In this document: positions 52,120-64,000 of the stretch, in pieces
How the letters are laid out: every line of letters begins with the position of its first letter
How positions within the stretch are numbered: the first letter of the stretch is position 1
Assembly (NCBI GenBank): GCA_963847075.1
Contig: CAWJYL010000002.1
Location: forward strand, 20,668 to 84,667
DNA length: 64,000 nucleotides
Direction of reading: 5' to 3'
Source: an uncultured Acidobacteriota bacterium
GTDB lineage: Bacteria; Acidobacteriota; Thermoanaerobaculia; UBA5066; Gp7-AA6
Notes under the pieces: generated by a model
Told to the model about the DNA's origin: nothing
Databases searched by the model: none
The model's input: the letters and a program-made list of their open reading frames with translations, nothing else
Translations under genes and position numbers: made by a program

Positions 52120-52133
52120 ATTGCCGCCTCCAT

Positions 52134-52147
52134 CAAACGAATGTTCT
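52134..52147. promoter_or_regulatory. LexA/SOS box upstream of parE
   Basis: CAAACGAATGTTCT (rc AGAACATTCGTTTG) just upstream of the RBS. Confidence 0.65.
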
Positions 52148-52367
52148 TATATATATAATCGTACCGCTTCCGAAAAAGGTTGTCAAATCAACGTTTCCGG
52201 AAGCTTGCTCAATTAATTGTATAGAAAAAATTTTAAATGCAATGAAGATGAAGAAATTGCTAATTACTGTAATTTAACTGTACTACTTTCATTAGACCGT
52301 TGTCGCATGCACAATAGTTCTGGTAAACTAAGACCATAAGAAACGACACAAAATGGTAAAGGGGTAT

Positions 52368-53067
52368 ATGATGGAACTTATTTTAATATTACTTATTCGC
52401 TTATATTATTGGCTCAATCCCTTCCGCTTTTGGATTGGCAAATTATTTTACAAAATGGATATTCGTGAACATGGAAGTGGAAATCTCGGTGGGACAAACA
52501 CTTTTCGCGTTCTTGGAAAAAAAGCGGGTCTTATTGTAACAATTCTCGATATTTTAAAAGGAACTGCAGCGACATTACTTGCCCTTACTTCCATTTTTTC
52601 AAGAAACAACTGTCCACCCACTTATTCTTAGGGTTGTAGCAGTTATCGGGCATATGTATCCACTTTTTGCTAACTTCAAAGGTGGGAAGGCAGTAGCGAC
52701 GTCAGGCGGTGTTATCTTGGCGTATAACTGGCCTTTCTTTCTCATCGTGCTAGTCGCATTCTTTATCGTATTGAAATTAACAAAAATGGTTTCTTTAACT
52801 TCGATGATTGTTGTAATTATCGCATTAATTTACACTATTATTTACTATTTCTGGACAGGTGATTTTTATTTAATGATATTGATTTTCTTCTTTGGTGTTT
52901 TTATCTTTTATCGACACCGTGCAAATATTTCTAGAATAAAAGCAGGAACCGAACCAAAAGTGAACCTATATACTATGAAATACATTGAAGTGTATATCAG
53001 AAGCACTAGTTGGTTTAAGAGAAATGAACATCCGGTGATGCATTCGCTTTTTCAGATACGATGGTGA
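52368..53067 (+). CDS. plsY: glycerol-3-phosphate acyltransferase, frameshifted; 3' end uncertain
   Basis: [35 protein letters not shown]; divergent from parE. Confidence 0.93.
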
Positions 53068-53191
53068 GCCCACTACATAAGGCTTTTCACTAGGCGTACG
53101 AAGAAGCGTGATCGTCAAATCGATTCACGCTTGTTTTATGTTGAATAGACAGTACTTGACCAATTTTGTATTTAAATGATTATTTTGTTAT

Positions 53192-54671
53192 TCATAATGC
53201 TTGAAGTGCATTTTTATCGATTTTTCCAATAGCTGTTTTAGGTATTTCAGGCTAAACTAATGATTTCTTTCGGTATTTTATAGCTACCGAGAAACTTTTT
53301 ACAATGCGCAATCACTTTTTCCTGATTGAAAGCATATCCCTCTGCTTCTGTAACAAATGCGATAATGGATTCGCCCCACTTTTCATCCTTTTTCCCAACA
53401 ACAGCAGCTTCGTTGATTTCCTGGAAATTCGTTAAGCATTGTTCAATCTCCTGTGGATAGACATTTTCACCACCACTAATAATAATATCTTTTTTCCTTC
53501 CAACGATATAATGGTCCCCGTCTTCATCATATTTAGCTAAATCCCCTGTTCGCAGCCATCCATCATCGAATGCCTCCAATGTATCATCGGGGTTTTTCCA
53601 ATAAGAACTGAAAACATGGGGACCTTTTACATACAGTTCCCCGACTTCATCGACACCGCAACGATTCCCTTCGGATTTACGACTTTTACTGAATTAAATA
53701 ACATCGGATTTTCCGACAGACCCAATTTTTCGATAAGGCTTCTTCAGGACGAATAAAGAAATTATTTGGTCCAGCTTCAGTCAATCCATAGCCTTCTTTA
53801 AAGTTAAGCCCTTTAGAATGGAACTTATTATAAATCGTCTCTGGACACGGAGCACCGCCAGAGAGGAAAACTTTCATGGATGAAAAAGATGTTTCACTTA
53901 AAATATGGCCTATTGATCATCGATTGGTACATCGTCGGTACAAAAAGTGAAATCGTTGCCTTGTATATATTCGTTGCTTTAATCGCTTCTTCCGCATCAA
54001 ATCGGTTTCCAATTACGACTTTTCCTCCTGCCATAAGAATTGGAATGCTAAGTGCGTTAATGCCTCCTGTATGAAAGAGGGCATATAATTAATCGTTGTA
54101 TCTTCTTCAGTTAATCCCCAGCTAATAATTGTATTGATTGCATTGGAATTGATCGCGTATGTAGAAAGGACTACTCCTTTTGGTTTCCCAGTTGTCCCGC
54201 CTGTATAAATAATCATCCAAGGGTTCGTAGCTGATCTTGTTGTTCGATGTTTGACAGCTTCACTGATTGTGACTCAATCGTTTCAATCGAATCGAATGGA
54301 AATCATCTGTATGAAATTTATTTCTTGAATAAGTGATTAGATAGTGTCATCGAACAAAAGAATAGAAGGTGAGCAATCATTTAAGAGAGCAATAATTTCA
54401 AATTGGCTTAGTCGCCAGTTTAGCGGGACATAAATAAGTCCTTTTAATTCACAGGCAAATAAGATCGCGAATAATTCCGGATTGATTCGGTGCAAGTACA
54501 GCGATGCGTTCTCCTTTTTTATACCCTTTATTCATAAAAAAGGATGCCCAGCGAAGAATGCGATTTTTCAAATGGTATACGTCCACGTATCTTCGTATGA
54601 ACATCGACAAGTGCAGTCCTATTCGGAGAAAGTGCAGATCTTTTTAGTATCCATCCAGGTTCATTGAACAT
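53192..54671 (-). CDS. AMP-dependent acyl-CoA synthetase, frameshifted
   Basis: YTGGTTGKPKG, EGYGLTEAG, TGDLA, GRKKDIIISGGENVYP. Confidence 0.9.
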
Positions 54672-54692
54672 CTTGTAACGCCTCCTCTTCTG

Positions 54693-55441
54693 TTACATCA
54701 TAATTCCGCCGTCGACATGCAAGACATGACCATGTACATAATCAGATTCATCACTTGCAAGAAATAAATAAGCATTTGCGATATCCCGCGGTTTCCCAAG
54801 CCGTTGTAAAGAAACAATGGACTTCATTTGATCAATCACTTTTTCAGGCATTTTACTCGACCATTGCTGTTGCAGTAAAACCTGGTGCCACAGCATTCAC
54901 ATTAATGCCTTTACGTCCAAATTCTTTTGCCCATGTTTTTGTCATTCCGACGACTGCTGCTTTTGTCGCTGCATAATTCGTTTGCCCAAAGTTGCCATAA
55001 ACGCCACTCACTGAAGATGTATTAATAATCTTTCCCGATTCCCTGTTTCCAGCATATGAGGGACAACTGCTTGCGTGCAGTTGAAAACTCCTGTTAAATT
55101 TACATTAAGTACATGTTGGAAATCTGTCAGGGTTCCATTTTGAGCAAGTGTTGCATCCTGTGTAATTCCAGCATTATTGATTAAAATATCTATTTTTCCA
55201 TACTTCTTTATTGTTTGTTCTACTAATATTCGAAACACTTTGTCGGTCTACAACATCCACTTGTAGAAATGTTACATCCAATTCTTTTGATTTGAGTAAC
55301 GCTTCTTGTTCTTTACCAGCAACTTCATCAAAATCTGCCATAATAACATGAGCGCCTTCTTCTGCAAATCGTTCACATGCAGCAAGGCCAATGCCATTTG
55401 CGCCGCCTGTAATAATGGCTACTTTATCTATCTAATCTCAA
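54693..55441 (-). CDS. SDR 3-oxoacyl/acetoacetyl reductase (FabG/PhaB-like), frameshifted
   Basis: [32 protein letters not shown]. Confidence 0.88.
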
Positions 55442-55453
55442 AATACATTCCTC

Positions 55454-56344
55454 CTAGTCTAAAAATGTTTCAATCAGTTCTTTTAATTTTCGGTAAGTCA
55501 TCGATTAACGGTGAATGTCCAATGTTTTCCAATGGAATATACGTGGCATTGTCACCCAGGTCTTCTACAATTTCCTTGTGTCATCTGCTCTGTTACAACA
55601 TAATCTCTGTCGCCTCTCAATATAAGTATTGGAATTGTAAGATTTTTCGCTTGATTTGTTCCGTCTGATAAGCCATTAGTTTTTATCACTAATATTAAAT
55701 GTGTTAATGAATGGTACACATCCGCCAAGTTTCTTTGTGTAACATGTCGTCAACGTATTCATCGTATTTTTCATCGTCTGGTTTGTTATGCGTATAAATT
55801 AACGCATTCCATACCGCTTTTAACCCTTCACGATTTTCCGTATCGTATAGGCCTTGCATCGCTAATGTTTTACCTGCATCTTGTTCAACGTCTCGGATCG
55901 TTACTAAGACGCTTCTCCAAATCTGGGGTACCGTCTGCTTTTGTTCCATAAAACGGATATCCCCGTGTCGATGCGGAGGCAAGAAGGACAAGCTTTTCGA
56001 CAAAGCCCAGGATAATCGGCCTCAAATTGCATGCAAACTGCCCCACCTGTTGACCAACCGATTAAAGAGAAATCACGTAGTCCAAGTGCATCAACAAATC
56101 CTTTCAAATCATCGGAAAAATCTTTAATACGTGTGACGCGTTTCGTATAAGACGATTCCCCAAATCCTCGTAAATCGAGTGCATAAACCGTATATTTCGG
56201 ATCTAGTGTATCCATCAGCACATCCCAGTGTTTTGATGAGGTCATATTCCCATGAACTAGAATAATTGTTTGCTTCACCACCGGGTCTTTCTCGATAAGC
56301 AATTGGTTTCATTGTTTGCTTAGTGTTACTTTTTGCAATGCCAT
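55454..56344 (-). CDS. alpha/beta hydrolase resembling Bacillus intracellular PHB depolymerase PhaZ, frameshifted
   Basis: VHGNMTSSKHWD, DLRGFG, lipase box GWSTGG, GHSP. Confidence 0.75.
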
Positions 56345-56359
56345 TACATTTCATCTCCC

Positions 56360-57371
56360 TTATGCTGTCCCCATTTTACAGTTATTGCACCCCACGCATA
56401 GCCAATTCCAGCACTCACGAGAACCGCGACATCGCCGTCTTTTAGCTTTCCTGCTTTCTCCGCAAGTTCTAGAGAAAGAATTTGATCCATTTGACCAATA
56501 TGCCCATAGTCATGTAAATAAATCGATTTTTCCGAAGAGATCCAAGTTCATTTAATACAAAATCATGTGCGGATTTTTTCATATGCAAAATGGCAAGATA
56601 ATCGATTTGCTCTTCTTAATATCCGCTCTTTTCCAATGAAGTACGAATAACTTTCAAAAAGTTTTGCATTGATTTTTGTTCTAATCTTGCTTTCATCCCA
56701 ACTGGATCGAGAACATCAAGTCGATACAATCCATTTTGTAGATGTTCAGCTGTAAGTGGTTGTTTTGTTCCACCAACAGGCACGATGACATCTTCTGAAA
56801 ATGATCCATCTGTAATGATTTCTGATTCCAAAATGATATTTTCCGAGTGATCCCTTTTGTAGATATCATTGCCCCGCCACCTGCACCTAAATTAAACATA
56901 AATCGTGTCCGTTCATTCGTATAGTCAATGAAATCTCCATTTCTATACCCACCCGCAAGCAGATACGGTTTTAATAGATACGATCTGATTCCATCATACT
57001 TTTTGCTACTTTCATAGCCATAATCGTCGTTCCGCATCGTTGCGCAACATCAAATCCCCATGCGTGATAAGCACCAATTTCTTCTTGAATTTTAATAGCA
57101 GCTGTCCATAATGGATACTCCTTATGCTCTTCCCCGATATAAATAATCAAATCGATTTTTTTCGGATCTACATTCCCCTTTTTAAGCGCATCTTCTGCCG
57201 CCCATACCGCCATCGCAACTGTATGATCGTCTTCTCCAGGAATCGGTTTTTGAGTAATGCCCATTTTCTCGACAACAACATTGACAGGAATTCCCGATAG
57301 GTTTGCAATTTCTTCTGCGGTCATTTTGTTTCAGGTATATACACACCCGTACTGACAATCCCGATTCCCAT
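56360..57371 (-). CDS. 3-oxoacyl-ACP synthase III-like condensing enzyme, frameshifted
   Basis: QRCGT catalytic Cys, LHMK, YGHIGQ, AGIGYAWG. Confidence 0.85.
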
Positions 57372-57383
57372 TACAAACCCTCC

Positions 57384-58367
57384 TTATTCGTGTTTTCCTT
57401 CGTTGTTTTTGTTCTTCGTCTTCCATAACTTTTCACGTAATGTTCCGACAACCCCTTTCGGGAAGAAGATAACGGCTAAAATAAAGATAATTCCAAAGAA
57501 GATAATCCATCGTTCAAAAATCGGATACTCTTTAGCAAGTCCAGATAAATAATGTTGACTTAACTCAATAACGCCTGCCCCGAGTATAGGTCCAATAAGC
57601 GTTCCCACTCCGCCGATAATCGTCATTAGAAGGGCATCTAACGTAATATCAAGTGACAACACACTAGTATTTACAAAGCGTAGAGATACTGCATAAAGTG
57701 AACCTGCTAGACTTGCGACAACTCCGGCAACAACAGATGCAATCACTTTGTAATGGAGTGTATTAAATCCGAGGGACAATGTTCGTTGTTCATTTTCTCT
57801 AACCGCGACAAGCACCCTACCAAACGGTGAGTTGACGAAACGCCGCAGGAAAAAGTAGACAAGAACAAGACAAAGTAAAGCAACGCAGTAAAACATAATT
57901 CGATCTTTAAAAAATTCAGGTGCTTTAAATGTAAAGCCGTCATTTCCTTGCGTTACCGTTCGCCATTTTTCAGCAAAAACTAAAAACAGTCCAGAAACAG
58001 CCAGGGTAAACATTGCAAAGAAGTGTGTTTTTAATCGTAAAGTTAATAAACCGATAAAAAAGCTAATCGTACCTGCAATCACCATTCCAGCACCAATCGA
58101 TAGAAGGAAAACACCCATCGTCGGTTCAATATTTTTTAGCATGACTGCTGTCGTATATGCACCCATTCCAAAAAACATCGCATGCCCGAATGAAACAATT
58201 CCTGTATAGCCTAGTAAAATATCATAACTCATCGCGAGGATTGAAAAGATAAAGATTTGCGTTAATAAAATTGTCCATGTCCTCGAATCAGATACGAATG
58301 GAAATATTGCAAGAGCAACTACAATGATTCCGAGAAATACATTGTTCCATTGAAAAGTCCTTTTCAT
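57384..58367 (-). CDS. Liv-type ABC transporter permease (LivM-like)
   Basis: GYTGIVSFGHA, SPFGRVLVAVRENE, IIGGVGT. Confidence 0.92.
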   Translation of the reverse strand: MKRTFQWNNVFLGIIVVALAIFPFVSDSRTWTILLTQIFIFSILAMSYDILLGYTGIVSFGHAMFFGMGAYTTAVMLKNIEPTMGVFLLSIGAGMVIAGTISFFIGLLTLRLKTHFFAMFTLAVSGLFLVFAEKWRTVTQGNDGFTFKAPEFFKDRIMFYCVALLCLVLVYFFLRRFVNSPFGRVLVAVRENEQRTLSLGFNTLHYKVIASVVAGVVASLAGSLYAVSLRFVNTSVLSLDITLDALLMTIIGGVGTLIGPILGAGVIELSQHYLSGLAKEYPIFERWIIFFGIIFILAVIFFPKGVVGTLREKLWKTKNKNNEGKHE

Positions 58368-58373
58368 GTGTCG

Positions 58374-59234
58374 TCACTCCTTTGCTTTGAAAAGACCTTG
58401 CGGACGGAAGATTAATACGATTGCCATGAGAATCATATTGACCGCAAGTGATAGAACAGGTACATAATACGCCATATAACTACCCGTAAGCCCAACTAGA
58501 ATCGCTGCGAATAATGAACCTGGAAAGCTCCCCATACCGCCAATAACAACAACAATGAAGGCTAAAATGGCAAATTCCATTCCCATTTCTGCATAAATTA
58601 CACCCGAATACGGGGCGAACAAGACACCACCTAATGCAGCAAGCGCTGATCCTGTCATAAAAACAAGAAGAAAAACGCGATTAATATTAATGCCGAGTGC
58701 TTGCACCATATCTTTATTCAAAACGCCGGCACGTACAATTAGTCCGATTTTCGTTCGTTTTAAAATATACTGGAAAATACCAAAGATGAGAAAGCCCACG
58801 ACAATGATAAAAAAGCGATATTTAATAATAAGTACATCACCAAATTCCCAGCTTCCGGCCAAATAAGTTGGTACTTTCGCAGCAATCTGGTTTGGTCCCC
58901 AGACAACTTTTAACATTTCACTAAGGACGAGCATGAAGCCAAGTGTGATTAAAATCTGTTGTACGTGATTTCCATAAACAGGGCTAATAATTAACTTTTC
59001 CGTAATGAATCCAAGAATTGCGCCTGTTAGAATTGCGGCCACAATTCCTATAATAAAACTTCCTGAAAGTCCATAAACCCAAATCCCTGAAAATGCACCC
59101 CATGCAAACAGGCCGCCGTGAGCAAAGTTTAATACGCTCATCAATCCGAAAATAAGCGTTAATCCCGAGGCAAGAAGAAAAATGAGCATGCCCGTTGCCA
59201 AACCGTTTATTGTTAGGTTAATGATTAATTCCAT
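58374..59234 (-). CDS. Liv-type ABC transporter permease (LivH-like)
   Basis: GLTLIFG..LNFAHG, VVVIGGMGS, RPQGLF. Confidence 0.92.
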   Translation of the reverse strand: MELIINLTINGLATGMLIFLLASGLTLIFGLMSVLNFAHGGLFAWGAFSGIWVYGLSGSFIIGIVAAILTGAILGFITEKLIISPVYGNHVQQILITLGFMLVLSEMLKVVWGPNQIAAKVPTYLAGSWEFGDVLIIKYRFFIIVVGFLIFGIFQYILKRTKIGLIVRAGVLNKDMVQALGININRVFLLVFMTGSALAALGGVLFAPYSGVIYAEMGMEFAILAFIVVVIGGMGSFPGSLFAAILVGLTGSYMAYYVPVLSLAVNMILMAIVLIFRPQGLFKAKE

Positions 59235-59247
59235 CGCGCAGCCCCCC

Positions 59248-59957
59248 TTAGCCGATTCCTAAGTACTTGCGTTTCAATTCCTCATTTTGAATGAGATCCT
59301 TCATCATTCCTGCATGAACCGTTTCACCGTCGTCAATGAGTGTGTATGTATCTCCGATTCGACTCGCCATAAAAAAGTTTTGCTCGACAAGAACAATGGT
59401 GGTGCTTTTTTTCATTTCTGAAATAGCTTCCATTACTGTTTCAATAACAATTGGTGCAAGCCCTTTTGATGGTTCATCAATAAGAATGAGTTTGCTATCA
59501 TTAACAAATGCCCTTGCCATTGCTAGCATTTGCTTTTGTCCGCCTGATAAATGTCCGGCATCCTTTTTCCAAAATTTTTTAAATCTGGAAATAGATCTAG
59601 CACATAATCTTGCCGTTTAAATGCCTCGTCATTTTCTATTCTCATCGCAACTTTCATATTTTCTTCAACTGTTAATGCACCAAAAATCCCTTGATCTTCC
59701 GGAACATAACCAATTCCTAAATTTGCGATTTCATAGGTTGCTTTTCGTGTAATGTCTTGTTCGTTGAAAGTAACTGAACCTTTTGAGGCAGGTGTTAACC
59801 CCATAATTGTTTTTAACGTTGTTGTTTTTCCTGCACCATTACGTCCAAGTAACACGCTAACTTCACCAGCGCGTGCCTCAAAGGAAATGCCTTGTAAAAT
59901 ATGATATTGCCCGATATGCGTGTGAGCATCGTCAACTTTCAGCAAGGTTTTCATCAT
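59248..59957 (-). CDS. Liv-type ABC ATPase (LivF-like), frameshifted
   Basis: GRNGAGKTT, DEPSKGLAP, LVEQN. Confidence 0.9.
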
Positions 59958-60705
59958 GTAGGCCTCCTAAGTAAGCATTTTGAACCGTTTCATTATCCAT
60001 TATTTCCTGTGGACTTCCATCTGCTAGTAACTTACCGTTAAATAGCACCATGATAGAATCCGATAAATCGAGAATCAAATCCATTTTGTGTTCGATTAAT
60101 AAAATCGTTTTATCTCCTGTTTTTTTAATATGACGAATAACATCTAGAATGGCAGGTACTTCCTCCAGAGACATCCCAGCTGTTGGTTCATCAAGAAGAA
60201 GTACTTCCGTATCTAGTGCCAGAAACATGGCAATTTCTAATTTTCTTTTTTCTCCATGAGAAATTGACTTGCCAGTACAAATTCCTTACCTGACAAGAGG
60301 ACAAGATCCAATAATTTTTCCGCCTCTTCCGTCAATTTTGTATAGTTGATGAAATGACGAAGCATCTGATATCTAATTTTCTCCTTTGATTGAACAGCAA
60401 GGCGTACGTTTTCTAATACAGTTAAGTTCGGGAAATACATTTGTAATTTGGAACGAACGACCTAGCCCTTTTCGTGTTCTTGAAACCGAAGAGGAATTTC
60501 CTAATGCTTCTCCTTTGAAGTACACCTCGCCTTCAGTTGGTTTTAATTCACCGCTAATTAAATTGAAAAATGTTGTTTTCCCTGCGCCGTTTGGTCCGAT
60601 AATGGACTTGAAGTGTTTTTCAGGCATTTCAAAATTCACTCGATTGACAGCTGTATGGCCACCGAAACGAATTGATAAATTTTCAGTTTTTAAAATGGGT
60701 TCCAT
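59932..60705 (-). CDS. Liv-type ABC ATPase (LivG-like), frameshifted
   Basis: IGPNGAGKTT, LLDEPTAGM, IEHKMD, AYLG. Confidence 0.9.
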
Positions 60706-60727
60706 TTAATAGCCTCCTTAACATCTA

Positions 60728-60770
60728 TCCCTCTCAAGGCGATAAACCGTATTTATCACCTTGAGAGGGA
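60728..60770 (-). terminator. intra-operon stem-loop after the substrate-binding gene
   Basis: tccctctcaagg/ccttgagaggga arms with inner gataaa/tttatc. Confidence 0.7.
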
Positions 60771-60803
60771 CAAGTCCCTAATATCTCGGACTGCCCCACA
60801 TTG

Positions 60804-62045
60804 TTATTTGTTCATAATTGGTGGTTCTGTTTCGGACGGTGAAGCTCTCGAATAAGTACTGGTACTGGATAATCAACGCCGTCTTGTTTTTCAAGTTTAA
60901 TAGAGTAAAGTGTTTGAAGTGCTTGGTGATCATCTTCTCGGAATGTCATTGTTCCTTTAGGAGTTTCAAATGACATACCTTCCATGATTTCAATCAATTT
61001 ATTTCCATCAGCATCACCTTCAGACTTTTTCAAAGCCTCAACAATTGCAATCGCAGCTGACATGCCTCCCGGTGTAAATAGGTCAGGAACTTCGCCGTTA
61101 TAACCGTTCTTTATGCTCCTTAACAAGCCAATCATTAATTTCATTATCTGGAAGCGTATGATAGTAAACTGAGAAACCTTCCATTCCGACAAGTGGTTCC
61201 ATTATAGATAGTGCTGGAATATCAGGTGCTCCTGTCGAAATTTTAATGCCTTTTTCTTGCATTTTTAAATCAGCAATTTGATTCCAAGGTGAGTTTGCTC
61301 CTGCCCAAACGACAAATAGATAGTCAGGTTTTGCTTCGATGATTTTTTGTAAGTTCGAAGTGAAATCCGTAGCTGCAGGATCTGCAAATTCTTCAAGAAC
61401 AACTTCTGCTCCAAGATCTTCTGCTGCCTTTTTAAATGCAGCGACCCCATCCCAACCAAATGAATAATCGGGTGCAAATGTCGCGATTTTCACACCAGGT
61501 TTTGCAATGGCTGCTGCACCTGCCACCGCATCTTGTGAAGAGTTCCGTGCTGTTCTGAAAATAAATGGATTGAACTCAGAACCTGTAATACTATCTGCTA
61601 CTGCCGGTTCAACAATCATAATTTTCTCGTATTCTTCTGCTAACGGAAGAACTGCGAGTGTATCTCCTGAACTAGAAGAACCGACAAGGAAATCGACTTT
61701 ATCGTCTTCGAGTAATTTCGTCGCTTTTTGTACCGCAACAACAGGTTTTGTTTCTGTGTCTTCAAAGACAACTTCAATCTTTTTACCGGCAACTTCCATC
61801 GTGCCGTCTGTTGCATATTCCAAGCCTAATTCAAAACCTTGTTTTGTTTGTTTTCCATACGATTCTAGAGCACCTGTAAGTGAAGCGAGCACTCCGATTT
61901 TGATAGTACCTGCTTCTTCAGTCTTGGTACCGGGTTTCTCATCTTTTTCTTCTGTTTCTTTACCAGAGTCTTCGCTACATGCCGTACTAATCATTAACAC
62001 AAAAGCTAGCATAGCTATCATCCACGATTTCTTCTTCATAAACAA
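60804..62045 (-). CDS. Liv-family ABC substrate-binding lipoprotein, one frameshift
   Basis: Lipobox STAC, IKIGVLASLTG, IFRTARNSSQDA, TPKG..FREDDHQALQ. Confidence 0.92.
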
Positions 62046-62065
62046 ACCCCTCTCTTCTCTAGTAT

Positions 62066-62079
62066 TGCAAGCGCTTTCT
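62066..62079. promoter_or_regulatory. candidate cre (CcpA) site
   Basis: TGCAAGCGCTTTCT, close to TGWNANCGNTNWCA, just upstream of the RBS. Confidence 0.6.
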
Positions 62080-62090
62080 TACTAACTATT

Positions 62091-62125
62091 ACTTTATAGA
62101 ATGAGAGTTACAAATGAGTTGCAAA
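62091..62125 (-). promoter_or_regulatory. candidate SARP-type activator direct repeats plus -10
   Basis: tttgcaactc and tttgtaactc at 11-bp period, 8 nt before TAAAGT. Confidence 0.6.
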
Positions 62126-62151
62126 ATAGGAAGCAGTAACATTACCGCCTC

Positions 62152-64000
62152 CTATAATTCATTCATAATTATTTTATACATTTCCTCCGTTGTTTCCATT
62201 GGAGTGATGTTCAGTTCATCTTCAAGTACATCGACTGCATTTTTTGTACCATTTCACCGATTGGGCTCGATTTTGCAATTGGTAATTCGCATACATAAGT
62301 AACCTGTATGCTTCCTCCCATGTATAATCGATTCGAAGGATTTTTTCTGCCCAAAAGATTGTTTTTCCGAATTCTTTCAGTCTTGTATACGTTTGTGCAA
62401 GTCGTTCAAGAAGTTGTATATACTGCTGTTGGACTCTTTCACGTTCTTCAGCGATCCACTCAAGCTCTAGTTTCTCTTCGAATAAATGTCCTTTATAGAT
62501 TGAACTCGCTTTCAATAACTGTTCAACGATAATTTCAGGCGAACGTGCAGATAATCCAAACGCTAAATATAAGTTGAAAACGGTCCAAGGTCACTTCGAA
62601 TTGCGGCACGCGGATTTAATCTGATACATGGTTTGCTTCCGTAATATAAAATAGGATGGTTCTCTTGCTCCCCTATGTGGTTCAATTACCTTCAACAAAG
62701 CATTTAACGCAACTTTGAAATCTCGGTCCGCACTTTTCTCGTCTACATCGCCCCAAAGTTCGCGCATGATTTCATCTTTTGAAATATATCGCTCCCGGTT
62801 TAGGAGTAAATATACAAAAAGTTCTTTAGACTTATCCCGTTGCCATCGTCGTTCTTCTACTTCCTCTAAGCCAAGCATGATTTTAAATGGTCCCATTAAT
62901 TGAACGGTAATTGTATAGCCTGGATGAGCAGTTACACCTTGTAGATTTAGTTGTTTCACGATTTGTTGAGTGGCAGCATGATCTTTGTTTTCACTTGCCG
63001 CCCGTATGAACAATGGATATATAATTTGCATATCAAATGGACTGAAAATCGTGTTTGTAGTTAAGAAAAAGAGATAATTATGATGAATGCACAACGTTGA
63101 AAAGTCTACTGAGGCTTCTGAAAAACAAAGCGATTGGTCTAATTTATCATAAACCCTCATCAGCCAAAAAGATGCGACCATTTCTCCATACGTATCACCG
63201 CATTCTATAAAAAGACTTTTGGCAGTCTTAGAATGCTCCGCAGATTCCTCATAAGTTACCGGCGTAAAAATGGACGATGGCTAGACCGATGCGAATAAGT
63301 CCAGATAACCAACCGTCACTCACTTTTTCAGTTTCACGTAATCCCGTTTCACCAAATTGAATTGCTTCCATAAAAATGCCTTGCCGTGCTTTTAAAATGG
63401 ACAACCCCATAAGCGGCTCCGCTTTCCCGCGGGAAACATTCAGTTCATCCATGCGTGTAACGGCTTGAACGTAGTCTGATTCTGGGTCAGCTAAGTCATA
63501 AGGATCTTGTAAGACTTTCGCATGTCCCAGACCGAATCCAACCGACAGCCTCGACAAAACCAGATTTTTCCCTTTTTCCGAGTTCAATTCCCTTTACTGC
63601 ACTCTCCATTGCTAGTCCTGCTTGTCCAGTCATTGAATAGATAAGTGAGAGCAGCACATCGGTTTCACGATGTGCATCGGGCAAAGCGAAGTTATCCGCC
63701 TTTCGGTCGTTTAAAATCTCTAGTGCATTCGATTAATTTTCCTGTTCGTAGCAAGATCCGAGCATCAAGATTCCCTTCACGAAGAATGCTTTTATCCATC
63801 TTTTCGGTTTCCACCCAGGCAGCAGCTTCAGCAGCTTTCCCAAGATTCACAAGGTTTTCTGCAAATTGCCGTTTATGCATTTCCATCTCATGAAAACTTA
63901 CCTTTTTACTTTTTTGTGCAAAGGAAATAGCCTCTTGTAAAAAAGGCTTTGCCTTACCAGGCTGGATAGTATCTAAATAAATATGAGCAATCCCGGCATT
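62152..64000 (-). CDS. large TPR + wHTH-BTAD (SARP-type) transcriptional regulator, 3' part, frameshifted
   Basis: WQRDKSKELFVYLL, LWGD..DFKVALNAL, YKGHLF..W...ERER, EEAYRLLM. Confidence 0.85.

Noticed and set aside
61507-62085. 192-aa + strand ORF and similar antisense ORFs (e.g. 7123-7488, 8827-9177, 24843-25169)
   Set aside because: Shadow frames of recognisable opposite-strand genes, with no family motifs.

Overview
64 kb of a low-GC, spore-forming Bacillales chromosome. Gene content and order suggest Planococcaceae/Sporosarcina-like, which is an inference. The window spans the replication terminus: a Firmicute-type dif site lies at 45723-45750, and gene orientation flips there from mostly + to mostly -. 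Core genes (degV, ypmR/S, msrAB, deoD, ctpA, gerA-type operon, murG, odhAB, MoxR-VWA, xpaC-telA, csp, ABC-F, parEC, plsY) carry many single-base indels, most likely assembly errors, so I joined ORF fragments into genes. An accessory-looking stretch at about 31.6-46.3 kb abuts dif. It contains a MarR-YwaF unit, a lower mevalonate operon, a SatD-like cyclase-fold/HTH gene plus DUF3307 membrane gene behind a 29-bp-periodic operator array, and a free-standing HTH-LAGLIDADG-tandem-RHH gene. That last gene has a LexA-box-like site inside its sigma-A promoter and ends about 45 bp from dif. The right end holds a SARP/BTAD-type regulator with a Liv-type ABC, FabH-like, PhaZ-like, FabG/PhaB-like and acyl-CoA ligase cluster, with candidate activator repeats and a cre site. 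No rRNA, tRNA, CRISPR array or transposase was seen.
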